DNA of 38,406 bases, from the NCBI GenBank assembly GCA_041585205.1, contig JBFHCO010000003.1:1-38406 (forward strand), in the 5' to 3' direction. A program made the translations under genes and the position numbers. Each line of letters starts with the position of its first letter. The stretch's first letter is position 1. Below, piece after piece: positions 27,439 to 37,108 of this stretch. The DNA comes from Candidatus Omnitrophota bacterium (GTDB lineage Bacteria > Omnitrophota > Omnitrophia > Omnitrophales > Aquincolibacteriaceae). The notes under the pieces are model-generated. The model was not told the origin of the DNA and did no database searches. It was given only the letters and a program-made list of their open reading frames with translations.

Positions 27439-28919
27439 GATGGAATAGTCTTCGCTGCGACTGCTTTTGATGGGTTAAGCAAACGGAAAAGAAACTGAAT
27501 TTCATGTTTTCTAATCTCACCGGATAAAAACAAGAAAAAGATGACCGCAAGACTCAGCGAGACGATTTTAATCGCCAGCATGATGTGCGGGGCCGACCAC
27601 ATGAAGGAAATCAGATAAACGGATATTCCGATGAGAACGCACTTTAAAATCGAACTGAAAGGAATACCGATGCGCCATGACCTTTGAACCACGGCCAGTC
27701 CTAAACACATCCAAGCGACAGAAAAAGCGGTCGTTGTAGCCGCCGCTCCAAGCGGTCCAAAGAGCGGAATCGTGAACCGGAGACCCATGAAGGCCAGCGG
27801 CGGAAGAGGCATCATAAAATACAGTGTCCATCGCGGTTTCCCATAAGCTGTCATAATGGAGGTCACAATGGATATCATGGAAATGGATAACATCGAAAAA
27901 ATTAAGTATGAAAAAAGCGTTGAACCGGCCTCAAAGGATGCTCCAAAGACCAGCGGGAAAATCTCCCAAGATGCGCCTGAAACGACGGCGGCAAGAGGAA
28001 ACAAAAACAATATGAAGCGCAGGGCGTCGGAGCCGATGTTTTTGGCGGCCTCTGAATCTCCCCGCTTCATATTCTGCGCAATCGTGGATAGCAGCAGCGG
28101 AGCCAGAGCGAGCGTCACAACACCGTAAACTAAATAGATCGTTTGCGCAGCGCCATAAAAACCCGCCTGCTCGGTCGTTCCCCCCAGCATTTTAAGCATG
28201 AACAAATCCATTCTTTGATATAAAACCAATAAAACTGTCGAAAGGAAGATGGGGATGGAATAACCCCAAAATTTCTTCACGGGAATCATGAGCCTGTGCG
28301 TAAACGGCAAACGAATAAAAAAGTAGCCTATCGCACATTCTACGGCGGAGGCCGCAATCGTTCCCCAAATTGCGCCTGAGACCGAAAATCCCATTTCCAC
28401 GAAGATGACGATAAAACAAAGCCTGCTTAGCCATCGGCCGGCACTCTGAGCGGCGCGTGAACCAAAATTCCCCACTCCGATCAGAACGTTCCGAAATGCC
28501 CTCGCCATCAAAAAAATGGGAATATCAAAGCAAAATATTCTTAAATAACGGCTCAACAGAGGTTCATTGAGCCAATCTGCGATCGCAGACGATCCGAACC
28601 ATATTAAAACGGCCACGCCAACGCTGGAAATCAGATGCAGCCTTGTCACGGTCGCCGCGACGGCGCGCCAGTCATCCGCTTCTCCAATGAACTTAATCGT
28701 GGCTCGTCCAAAAAATTCCGTCAGACTCCTTTCTACCCAGCCGATCAGAACAGAAACGAGAGAAAAGATCCCGAATCCGAACGCTCCGAGCTTGCGCGTT
28801 AAATAAATTGTTACGATAATTCCGGTCGGAAAAACCAGAGATTCCGCGAAAAAGATAAACAGAGAACCGCGGGCCAAATGACCCGCGGACCCCTTCTGGA
28901 ACTGAGGTGCCGAGCTCAT
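27435..28919 (-). CDS. wzx: Wzx-type oligosaccharide flippase (MOP/PST family)
   Basis: Many TM helices; [39 protein letters not shown]. Confidence 0.85.
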   Translation of the reverse strand: MSSAPQFQKGSAGHLARGSLFIFFAESLVFPTGIIVTIYLTRKLGAFGFGIFSLVSVLIGWVERSLTEFFGRATIKFIGEADDWRAVAATVTRLHLISSVGVAVLIWFGSSAIADWLNEPLLSRYLRIFCFDIPIFLMARAFRNVLIGVGNFGSRAAQSAGRWLSRLCFIVIFVEMGFSVSGAIWGTIAASAVECAIGYFFIRLPFTHRLMIPVKKFWGYSIPIFLSTVLLVLYQRMDLFMLKMLGGTTEQAGFYGAAQTIYLVYGVVTLALAPLLLSTIAQNMKRGDSEAAKNIGSDALRFILFLFPLAAVVSGASWEIFPLVFGASFEAGSTLFSYLIFSMLSISMISIVTSIMTAYGKPRWTLYFMMPLPPLAFMGLRFTIPLFGPLGAAATTTAFSVAWMCLGLAVVQRSWRIGIPFSSILKCVLIGISVYLISFMWSAPHIMLAIKIVSLSLAVIFFLFLSGEIRKHEIQFLFRLLNPSKAVAAKTIPS

Positions 28920-30505
28920 CTTTCTTCCTGATAGGACATTTCAGTATTCACGTCCCATATGTTGTCCTTGGACTTGATGCCTCGAACGATATTCTCAACG
29001 GCCGTGATGGCGGTCAACATGGAATGATCCTGATTGTTGTATTTATGCATTCCGTTGCGGCCGATCAAAAATAAATTTTCGAATTTATCGGTAAATTTGC
29101 GAATGACATCAAATCGATCATACGTGCCGAAATACGCCGGATAGGCCTTAGGCATCCGAATCACCGTTCCGTCCAATACATCCTCCGGATCCGCAAATCC
29201 CAATCTGATTAATTCATGAATTGCGAGTTTTTTGATCTCCTCATCCGTTTTTCGCCACAATGCATCCCCTTCGTTGCAAAAATATTCCATCCCGACCCAT
29301 GCCGTATTCGCATCTTTAACCATATACGGGCTCCAATTATTGTAAATCTGCAGCCTTCCGACCTTGACATAATCTTCTTGGATATAAATCCAGTTGTCGA
29401 TCATTTTACCGTTCACACCCTGCCCCTTCGCGCCATCCATATTTCTTAATTTTTTTAAAAGAATTCCGACCGTGATAAAGTCTCTGTACATGAGCCCGTC
29501 TGCGATCAAAACCACGGGATCAGGCGCAGTTTTTCCAAAACACCGAATCAATTCCTTCACCGGCATGGAAGAAAACACATAGTCTGATTGTTGCGTATAC
29601 GATGCTCCCGATTTCCCATTTTGGATTTGTACTTCAACGATCCGTTCGCCGTCACTTTTCAGACCCACGATACGGCATTGTCGATGAATTTCTCCGCCTT
29701 CGTCCTCAATCAAGCGCGCGACTTCATCCCACATTTGGCCCGGACCCAGTTTAGGATATAAAAATCTCTGAACCAGGCTGGTTTCAATGTTCTTTTCCAA
29801 GAAATTCGTGTCTTTGACCACAAAACTTTTCAAGGGATGCAGCAAGGCCTTCCGCAAATCGAGCCCTTTGATGCGTTGAGCGCCCCATTCCGCTTTGATT
29901 TTATGGCAATTGACGCCCCATACTTTTTCCGTATAGGACTTAAAAAAAGTACGGTAAAGCTCCTTCCCGAAACGATTAATAATAAAATCTTCCAGAGAAA
30001 CTTCCGGTTTGATCGGGAATATCTTCGCTTTAAGATAACTCACGATGAATCGGATGGAACGAACAAACCCCAGGCATCGCAAAAGTTCCAGACTGGGCGC
30101 AAGAGGATGATTAAAAAAAGTTTTTAGAAAATAAATTCTGGAGTGTCGAGGACGGATTAAGAGGACTTTGTCCGCTTTATCGGGATCCGGCCCCCCGGGT
30201 TTTAATGGGATTGCTTTTTTCCTCCCCTGATATGTGATTTCGCCGTTACGGTCACCTTCGGACGCTTCGCCTTGTAGGGGCAGGATATGTTGCCACCATT
30301 CCAAAATGCGGTCTGACTTTGAAAAAAAGCGGTGCCCCCCGATATCTATGCGGTTGCCTTTAAAATCAATCGTCTTGCAGATGCCTCCGATCGCGCTTTC
30401 CATTTCATAAATAATGGGCTTTATATCGGTGTGTCGCAGCAGTTCAAGAGCCGCTGTCAATCCTGCCGGTCCCCCTCCTATGATTACGGCTACTTTTTTT
30501 GTCAT
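28916..30505 (-). CDS. FAD-dependent oxidoreductase, UDP-galactopyranose-mutase/HemY-like glycan-cluster family
   Basis: [47 protein letters not shown]; ATG 30505 with GAGG RBS. Confidence 0.85.
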   Translation of the reverse strand: MTKKVAVIIGGGPAGLTAALELLRHTDIKPIIYEMESAIGGICKTIDFKGNRIDIGGHRFFSKSDRILEWWQHILPLQGEASEGDRNGEITYQGRKKAIPLKPGGPDPDKADKVLLIRPRHSRIYFLKTFFNHPLAPSLELLRCLGFVRSIRFIVSYLKAKIFPIKPEVSLEDFIINRFGKELYRTFFKSYTEKVWGVNCHKIKAEWGAQRIKGLDLRKALLHPLKSFVVKDTNFLEKNIETSLVQRFLYPKLGPGQMWDEVARLIEDEGGEIHRQCRIVGLKSDGERIVEVQIQNGKSGASYTQQSDYVFSSMPVKELIRCFGKTAPDPVVLIADGLMYRDFITVGILLKKLRNMDGAKGQGVNGKMIDNWIYIQEDYVKVGRLQIYNNWSPYMVKDANTAWVGMEYFCNEGDALWRKTDEEIKKLAIHELIRLGFADPEDVLDGTVIRMPKAYPAYFGTYDRFDVIRKFTDKFENLFLIGRNGMHKYNNQDHSMLTAITAVENIVRGIKSKDNIWDVNTEMSYQEER

Positions 30506-30511
30506 CAATGA

Positions 30512-31534
30512 TTACCTCATAGCCCTTATGACCGGCTTCTTGCCAAGCCGCTTTTTAACCCTCAATTCCTTGCCGATTCCGTAAACGAATCCCGCCAGAA
30601 TTCCTGCTGACATAATGATTTGATCCGCAAATGTCCAGATGATCGCTAATAATACGAAAGGCAGTCCTTTCGTGCGAAATAAAAAAAACCAAAAAGAACA
30701 GTTCATTCCAGCCCAAGCGATCATTAAAAAAACCACCGCATAGACAAGCGAAGCCTTGGCCGGAAGGATCAACCACAATGCCATGATGAAAAAGACAAGA
30801 AAGATGCTGACCAATTGCTCCTTCGGTGAATGCAAGTAACCCGTTCGGTTCCGAAAGAGATGCCGCCATCCCCGGTATTTTATGAATATATCCGCCCAAT
30901 TAAATGGAATGCGGAAGTCATTTTTTATGATGGAGATAAAATTGTATTTTTTTAAATGGATCACGTCCAAATCTTTCATAAATCTGAGTTCTTTACCCCG
31001 TTTAGCAAGCTTTTGACCGTGGGCTGAATCTTCCGCCAATTCATAATCCGAATCATGCACGATCAGCGCCTTTTTTCTGACCGCATAAATGGAACCAAAT
31101 AAGAAATTGATTTTTTCCGGTAATTTAGAAAATATATAATTCATATAATAATTCTTATACTGGCTGAAAAAATCCTGATTGGGATGCTCCTTGGACAGCA
31201 AGCCGGTCACGGCATCAGCCGAAGGCTCCCTTTGGAAAAAGTCGGAAATTTTCGCCAGCGTATTTCTTCGTATAATGATATCGGAATCGATAAATACCAG
31301 GATGTCCCCCTTGGCCGCCCTCGCTCCCGTATTCCGGGCGCGGCTCCTCCCTAAATTTCTCGGATGTAAAAGAATTTTATCCGCGTACTGTTCCGCGATG
31401 GAAACGGTTTTATCCGCGCTTCCGTCATCCGCGACGATTAACTCATAATGAGCGCCTTCAGACGCTCGTATGCTCGCCAGGCACTGTTTAACGGTACAAG
31501 CGCTGTTATACGTCGGAACGATAACCGAAATCAT
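30512..31534 (-). CDS. GT2 glycosyltransferase with C-terminal membrane helices
   Basis: SVIVPTYN, ADDGSAD, ARNTGA, FIDSD, AED; about three C-terminal hydrophobic segments. Confidence 0.88.
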   Translation of the reverse strand: MISVIVPTYNSACTVKQCLASIRASEGAHYELIVADDGSADKTVSIAEQYADKILLHPRNLGRSRARNTGARAAKGDILVFIDSDIIIRRNTLAKISDFFQREPSADAVTGLLSKEHPNQDFFSQYKNYYMNYIFSKLPEKINFLFGSIYAVRKKALIVHDSDYELAEDSAHGQKLAKRGKELRFMKDLDVIHLKKYNFISIIKNDFRIPFNWADIFIKYRGWRHLFRNRTGYLHSPKEQLVSIFLVFFIMALWLILPAKASLVYAVVFLMIAWAGMNCSFWFFLFRTKGLPFVLLAIIWTFADQIIMSAGILAGFVYGIGKELRVKKRLGKKPVIRAMR

Positions 31535-32073
31535 GCGATCACCTTGGAATTAAAGTCTTTGTAACTTTGGTCTTTGGCGGAAAGGACAGGGTTGGGTATA
31601 GGCCAGCGAATACCAAACGCGGGGTCATTCCAACGCAGGCCTCGAGCGGAGTCAGGCTTGTAGAAATTTGACATTTGATAAAATACTTCCGTCTCATCCT
31701 CCAATGTTTGAAACCCGTGAGCGAATCCCGCAGGAATATAAAGCATTGTATGCTTATCAGCGGCTAATTCAACCGCGCACCATTTTTTAAATGTCGCTGA
31801 ATCCGGCCTTATGTCGACAACGACATCATAGACCTTTCCTCGCGTGCAGCGAACAAGCTTGACTTCAGCGTCGGAACCCGCTTGATAATGTAAACCGCGC
31901 AAAGTGCCCTTCTTACGATTAAATGAAATGTTGCACTGCACGAGATTGGAATTGAAGCCTCTGGCCTGGAATTCCTTTTGACACCAGCTCCGGGCAAAAA
32001 AACCGCGCGCATCTGTTTCCCTTTCGAGCTCGACAACGAAAACCCCCGGCAATTTTACTTCAACGAATTTCAT
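31531..32073 (-). CDS. rfbC: NDP-4-keto-6-deoxyhexose 3,5-epimerase (RmlC family)
   Basis: DARGFF, GTLRGLHYQ, KLVRC, DVVVDIRPDS, GFAHGFQTL, WNDP; start at MKFVEV (32073) with GGGAG RBS. Confidence 0.9.
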   Translation of the reverse strand: MKFVEVKLPGVFVVELERETDARGFFARSWCQKEFQARGFNSNLVQCNISFNRKKGTLRGLHYQAGSDAEVKLVRCTRGKVYDVVVDIRPDSATFKKWCAVELAADKHTMLYIPAGFAHGFQTLEDETEVFYQMSNFYKPDSARGLRWNDPAFGIRWPIPNPVLSAKDQSYKDFNSKVIA

Positions 32074-33145
32074 GGCGCTCCCTTGTATTTTTAGGATCGC
32101 ATTCTGCGGTCTTGATCTCACATGCGAGCCTTCGCAAAGACGCATTCAGCCGGCCTGATGAAATTAAATTTTTAACCGCATCTACGCGTTTATATTTGGG
32201 GCCTTCGAAATCACTGATGCAAATACGCAGCCCTTTGTAGGATTGATGCAATTCTTGAATCCCCCTCTTTACATCCCACTGCGGTTTATAATTTTTAATT
32301 CGCTGATTAATTTTTGAACAGTCCACTTGATAGCAGCGCTTATCGGGCCCCGCGTGCCTTGCGAATTCAACTCGCGTGTTCGGAATCATTTCACGGACCT
32401 GTTCAGCAAGTTCCCTGACTTGATAATTCCCGTTTGTGACGCCCACATTAAATACCTGATTATGAACCTCTTCTATGGGCGCTTCCAGGACAGCCGCAAA
32501 AGCACGCGCAATATCTTCGACATGGACCAACGGACGCCATGGGGTTCCATCACTGGTCAGCACAATGCGTTTGGTCGTAAAGGCCCAGGCGACCAGATTA
32601 TTTAAAACAAGATCCAGCCTTAAGCACGGCGAAGCGCCATAAGCCGTCGCATTGCGCATCAAAGTCGGCGAAAAATCGGTATCTGCCAACCGCATTAAGT
32701 CGTTTTCGAACATGAGCTTAGACTTTCCGTAAGCTGTGATAGGACACGTTTCGGATCGCTCATCGACAATCTCTTCCCCCGCAGCACCGTAAAGGCTGCA
32801 CGATGAGGAAAAAAGGAATCGCTTTGTTTTAGCCTCCTTTGCCAGCCTGGCAAATCGCAAGGCCGCCGTATGGTTGATTTCATAAGTCAATGCGGGATTC
32901 ATTTCGCCCAAGGGATCATTCGACAGACCGGCTAAATGAATGATGCCGTCAAAACCCGCAAGATCCTTCGCTTCAACATCGCGGATATCCTTGTCGATTT
33001 GATGAAACCCTCCATTAGAAATCATCATGCGGTCATCCGCATAGAGCGCGTTGTCCAGCCCAACGATCTCATGCCCCTTTTTTAACAAATAAGGCGCCAT
33101 CACAGAGCCGATGTAACCACGATTCCCTGTCACTAAGATACGCAT
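32060..33145 (-). CDS. NAD-dependent nucleotide-sugar epimerase/dehydratase (extended SDR)
   Basis: TGNRGYIG, HLAGLSNDPLG, SSSCSLYG, YGKSK, RNATAYG, GTPWRPLVH. Confidence 0.9.
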   Translation of the reverse strand: MRILVTGNRGYIGSVMAPYLLKKGHEIVGLDNALYADDRMMISNGGFHQIDKDIRDVEAKDLAGFDGIIHLAGLSNDPLGEMNPALTYEINHTAALRFARLAKEAKTKRFLFSSSCSLYGAAGEEIVDERSETCPITAYGKSKLMFENDLMRLADTDFSPTLMRNATAYGASPCLRLDLVLNNLVAWAFTTKRIVLTSDGTPWRPLVHVEDIARAFAAVLEAPIEEVHNQVFNVGVTNGNYQVRELAEQVREMIPNTRVEFARHAGPDKRCYQVDCSKINQRIKNYKPQWDVKRGIQELHQSYKGLRICISDFEGPKYKRVDAVKNLISSGRLNASLRRLACEIKTAECDPKNTRERHEIR

Positions 33146-33891
33146 CTGTCCTGCTTCCTCACCGGAGATTCATATTCACTTAGAACATCCTCAGCGTCAC
33201 CTTCCATCAAAAAGCTCTTAAATTCTGAATTCCTTATGGTTTGATAGATTTCGTCGTAATTTTTCAGGATTTGATCCATGCGATAGGGTAGATTTTTTAG
33301 AAGATTTGATTTTACCGTAACGCCGGAAACACTTAAATAATCGAATACGGCGTCCAGCGTCTTCTGATGACTTCCCGGCAGTAACAAGTCCCGCTCATAA
33401 GATACGGAATGGACGGGTAAATCTCTCAGTAAGGCATTCTCTCGATCCGTCAATTTCTGCCGATTCTTCAATTGACGCATGATAAAATCCGGCGCCAAAG
33501 TTATTTTCCGAGGCTCATAATTTTCGGGATGCTTTTTGCGCCTGTGAAATAAACGGGTCGCTTTCGCGTAATAAAGAGAGATCAATTGTTTCAGAATATT
33601 GGATCGTTTTATGGAAATAATTTTCCACCCCTCATGGACAAGATGACCGAGATAATTTTCGGGGATACGAAACAAGCGCTTCTCGGACAACTGATACAGC
33701 TTCAATTTAAAACCGTATAATTGCTTTCGGCATATCCGTGACCGGATGTCGATCAATGTTCTCGGAAGCGGCAACGGATAATATAGTAATTCACCGTCAC
33801 ATCGAATGTCAGGATGAGAATTGAGCAAGTCCATGAACAGCGTACTGCCCGTCCGTCCTTGCGAAAAAACAACGAATTTGGTTTTACTCAT
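33133..33891 (-). CDS. PAPS-dependent sulfotransferase (Stf0/Sulfotransfer-like)
   Basis: 5'-PSB loop QGRTGSTL, LNSHPDI..GEL, GFKL, 3'-PB-like KRSNILKQLIS, SYE, ILKNYDEI. Confidence 0.82.
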   Translation of the reverse strand: MSKTKFVVFSQGRTGSTLFMDLLNSHPDIRCDGELLYYPLPLPRTLIDIRSRICRKQLYGFKLKLYQLSEKRLFRIPENYLGHLVHEGWKIISIKRSNILKQLISLYYAKATRLFHRRKKHPENYEPRKITLAPDFIMRQLKNRQKLTDRENALLRDLPVHSVSYERDLLLPGSHQKTLDAVFDYLSVSGVTVKSNLLKNLPYRMDQILKNYDEIYQTIRNSEFKSFLMEGDAEDVLSEYESPVRKQDRCVS

Positions 33892-35852
33892 GAGCGCATC
33901 TGCATTGGATCAGATTGCATGGTTTCTTTGATTAACGGAGCTGCCCGCTTTCGGTTTCTGCGCCTCAGCAGTCTCGCCAATACTCCGCCGGCCTGAAAGA
34001 TAAGCGTTCCGTCATATATTAAGGCCAACGCAATATACCGCAAACCCAGCCGCCACTGACGCAAATCCGGCTGACCCTCGAAAACTTTTTGCGCGAAATA
34101 GCGGTATCGCACGGCCAAGCTTTTCCGTTTTTCCCCCTGCATTTCAGGAGGCAAAGCACGGTAATTTTTTTCGATCACTTCGAGGCTGGCCCGCTCCATC
34201 TTATCAAATTGAGTTGAGATGGAATCATGATTCTGTCTGTACAGCACCATCACAGACGGCACGCATACAAAGCGATGCTCGCGCGCCAAACGCAACCATA
34301 AATCCCAATCTTGAGCCGCCTCCAAGGATTCATCAAAACCTCCCACGTTCGTGATCGCCCGCTTGCGTATCAGCGGAATAGAACCTCCGCTGATAAAATC
34401 ATCCTTGAGCAGCGCTTGATAAACCTCACCTTCGTTCCGAATGCGTCTGCCTTTCCCCAAAGCGGTGCCGGATTCGTCAATATGGCTCACCCAACAGTAC
34501 GCAACGTCCGCTTCCGGGCATTCTTCTAAGAGTTTCAGCTGCATTGCAAGTTTATCGGGATACCACACATCGTCGGCATCCATAAACGCAATATATTCGC
34601 CTCGCGCGGCTTGTATTCCCCGATTGCGGCCGGCTGCCGCTCCCGCGCGAACTGAACAGCGGATCAACCTGATGCGCGGATCACTGATTGACTGAATGAT
34701 CATAGCGGTATCATCTAGAGAGGCATCGTCTACAACAATCAATTCAAAACATTCGAATGTTTGCTCAAGAACGGACTGAATAGCCTCTCTGATTGTATGC
34801 GCCGCATCAAAAGCAGGCATGATCACAGACACGGTCGGTGCCCGCTCCCTCCATTTGGCTGCGGTCATGGGTTCTTTTCTTGCAAAACGAAACCCTTCGG
34901 TCCGGAACTTTTTATGCCCATCGTGATCCCGTTTAAAACAAATCTCTTGCTTCGAATTTAATGACCATAGCCACGTTATGAATCTGAACCATGCGCTTAA
35001 AATAAGATCTGTCACCATTTCAAAGAAAAGCTTTTGATCATAATGAGTCCGGGCGCTCGCAGCGTATCTTCTGGCATAAATCTGCGGTAACGGAACCATT
35101 GGAAAACGTTTTTGGCACATCATGTAATATTTATCTGTGCGTTTTAAACGGACTTCATTTCTCTTGCGATTGGAAATACGGGACGTAAGCTGACCTTCCC
35201 GATGAAGCCTGCATACGACCGTCGGGATTCCGGTCAAAATCAGCTGGTAATTATCGAGCATGCTGCGAATATAAAAATCGGTATCGTGGCCGATACGATT
35301 TGCAGTATCAAATAAGCCGATGTCTTGAAAGACTTCCCGAAGATAAGTCACCGAGGACGGCGTTCTGATGAAACTGACTGACAACAATTGATGCATGGGT
35401 GATACAAACTTCGAGAGATCCGGTCTTTGAGGCCGTACTTCTACTTTTTTTCGGGCCTCATCACGTAAAATAAGACCGCTCACAACAAAACATTTTTTTT
35501 CGTCCTTCAATGCACTGATATGACTCGCAAGATGGTTTGGGAGCCAGAAGTCATCGTCGTCTAAAAAAGAAATGCAGTCCCCGCGCGCCCTTTGAATGCC
35601 CTCATTGAGGGCGCCGGCAGATCCTAAATTTCTTTCAAGTAGCTGATACTGCACATTCGGAAATGATCGGCAGACTTCTTCGGTGCCCGGAATATCAGAA
35701 GCATCATCCACCACGATCACTTCAATTTCCCCATCATAATTCTGGCGAAAAACGCTTTGAAGCGCTTCCCTGAGCATGGACGGGCGATTAAAAGTGGTGA
35801 TGAGTACCGATGCTTGCGGGATTTTCTTACTTTGAGTGTGCAGAACGATCAT
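33888..35852 (-). CDS. Tandem GT2-GT2 glycosyltransferase
   Basis: Domain 1: SVLITTFNR, VVDDAS, FLDDDDFW. Domain 2: SVIMPAFD, VVDDASLDDT, FMDADDVW, GGFDESL, QDWDLWLRL. Confidence 0.9.
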   Translation of the reverse strand: MIVLHTQSKKIPQASVLITTFNRPSMLREALQSVFRQNYDGEIEVIVVDDASDIPGTEEVCRSFPNVQYQLLERNLGSAGALNEGIQRARGDCISFLDDDDFWLPNHLASHISALKDEKKCFVVSGLILRDEARKKVEVRPQRPDLSKFVSPMHQLLSVSFIRTPSSVTYLREVFQDIGLFDTANRIGHDTDFYIRSMLDNYQLILTGIPTVVCRLHREGQLTSRISNRKRNEVRLKRTDKYYMMCQKRFPMVPLPQIYARRYAASARTHYDQKLFFEMVTDLILSAWFRFITWLWSLNSKQEICFKRDHDGHKKFRTEGFRFARKEPMTAAKWRERAPTVSVIMPAFDAAHTIREAIQSVLEQTFECFELIVVDDASLDDTAMIIQSISDPRIRLIRCSVRAGAAAGRNRGIQAARGEYIAFMDADDVWYPDKLAMQLKLLEECPEADVAYCWVSHIDESGTALGKGRRIRNEGEVYQALLKDDFISGGSIPLIRKRAITNVGGFDESLEAAQDWDLWLRLAREHRFVCVPSVMVLYRQNHDSISTQFDKMERASLEVIEKNYRALPPEMQGEKRKSLAVRYRYFAQKVFEGQPDLRQWRLGLRYIALALIYDGTLIFQAGGVLARLLRRRNRKRAAPLIKETMQSDPMQMRS

Positions 35853-37108
35853 ACGACCGCCCCTGCGGACAGATTTAACGCTTCGGTATATATTTGAACA
35901 AGATCATCATTCAATTTATTCGAATCGTAATCCCTTCTCACTTTTTCCAAACCCGCGTCACCCATCGCATTCCATAACTCGGGATGGTCCACTAAATAAA
36001 TCAATTTTCCCACGATGGCATCCGTATCTCGTTCGGGTATGAGAAATCCGGATGTGCCGTCATCGACCAACTCAGGGATACCGCCGTGGTAGGTACTGAT
36101 TACGGGAAGGCCGGCCGCCATGGCTTCTTTCAAGACATTTGTGGGACCGTCCTGATCTCCCCGGCTGGCTGTCACGCTCGGTGCTAAAAAAATGTCGTAA
36201 TCGTACAAAGAGGCGATCGTCTTGTCTAAGCTTTTGGCTCCGAGCAAATGGACATAGGATTCAGCCCGCTCCTGCCGAATGATTTCTCGATACAGCTCCT
36301 TCAATTTCCCTTCTCCGATGATGCTATAGTCAATGTGGGGTCTGATTTGCTTGACCTTCGCGACGGCATAAATGCAATAATCAAAACCTTTTTTTTCATC
36401 AAGGCGCCCCACTGATAAAACGCGTACCCGTCCGTCAGGGCTGCGCCGACCCGATCTGTTCGTGAACAGCTGCAAATCAATGCCGGACCGCAGTATCCGC
36501 ATTTTATTTTCGTCGGCGCCTAAACGAATCAATAAACGCTTAAAATAATCGCAATTTGGCAATAATAGATCCGCCTGACGGAACAATTTGTCATACACAT
36601 CTTGTCCTCGGACTCGTGGGAATTGGGTAATATCATGACCCCGGAAGGAGACCATAAGTTTTCCTTTCAAAAGTCCGATGCGGCGCAGTATTTCGACCCA
36701 TTTCCCCATGTTGCCGAATTGACAATGGACGACGTCATAGGGGCCTTTGCTGAAGGTAATCGCGGAACAATTAAGCAGACGGAGCGAATAAGCCATCCAT
36801 CCGAATCTGAAAACATTCAGCGCCTGAAAGAGAACGCGCCTGCCTTCGGCGCCCTTCAAAAGCAACGAAAAAAAACTTTTTACGGCAAAAATCAGATACC
36901 GCAGGCTTTTGCGCTTAGGGACGATATACGCTCTTTCCATGAGACCGTATTTTGCGATGTCCGGGTGAACATCCGGCTTATCGGCAAAGTAGTTATCCAA
37001 AGCGAATATATCCACTTCATGCCCGCGGTCCAATAATCCCGTGATCTGATTTAACACATAAGTTTGGGTCAACCGGGGAAAATACCGCACCACCATCGCA
37101 ATTCTCAT
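35849..37108 (-). CDS. GT4 glycosyltransferase, WcaL/AmsK-like
   Basis: FPRLTQTYVLNQI, HCQFG, FRGHDI, VGRLDEKKG, DQDGPTNVLKEAMAAGLPV, HGGIPELV. Confidence 0.9.
   Translation of the reverse strand: MRIAMVVRYFPRLTQTYVLNQITGLLDRGHEVDIFALDNYFADKPDVHPDIAKYGLMERAYIVPKRKSLRYLIFAVKSFFSLLLKGAEGRRVLFQALNVFRFGWMAYSLRLLNCSAITFSKGPYDVVHCQFGNMGKWVEILRRIGLLKGKLMVSFRGHDITQFPRVRGQDVYDKLFRQADLLLPNCDYFKRLLIRLGADENKMRILRSGIDLQLFTNRSGRRSPDGRVRVLSVGRLDEKKGFDYCIYAVAKVKQIRPHIDYSIIGEGKLKELYREIIRQERAESYVHLLGAKSLDKTIASLYDYDIFLAPSVTASRGDQDGPTNVLKEAMAAGLPVISTYHGGIPELVDDGTSGFLIPERDTDAIVGKLIYLVDHPELWNAMGDAGLEKVRRDYDSNKLNDDLVQIYTEALNLSAGAVV

Noticed and set aside
32074-32145. 24-aa N-terminal extension of rfbC in the ORF track
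   Set aside because: It lies within the upstream SDR; ATG 32073 has a GGGAG RBS and gives a typical RmlC N-terminus.
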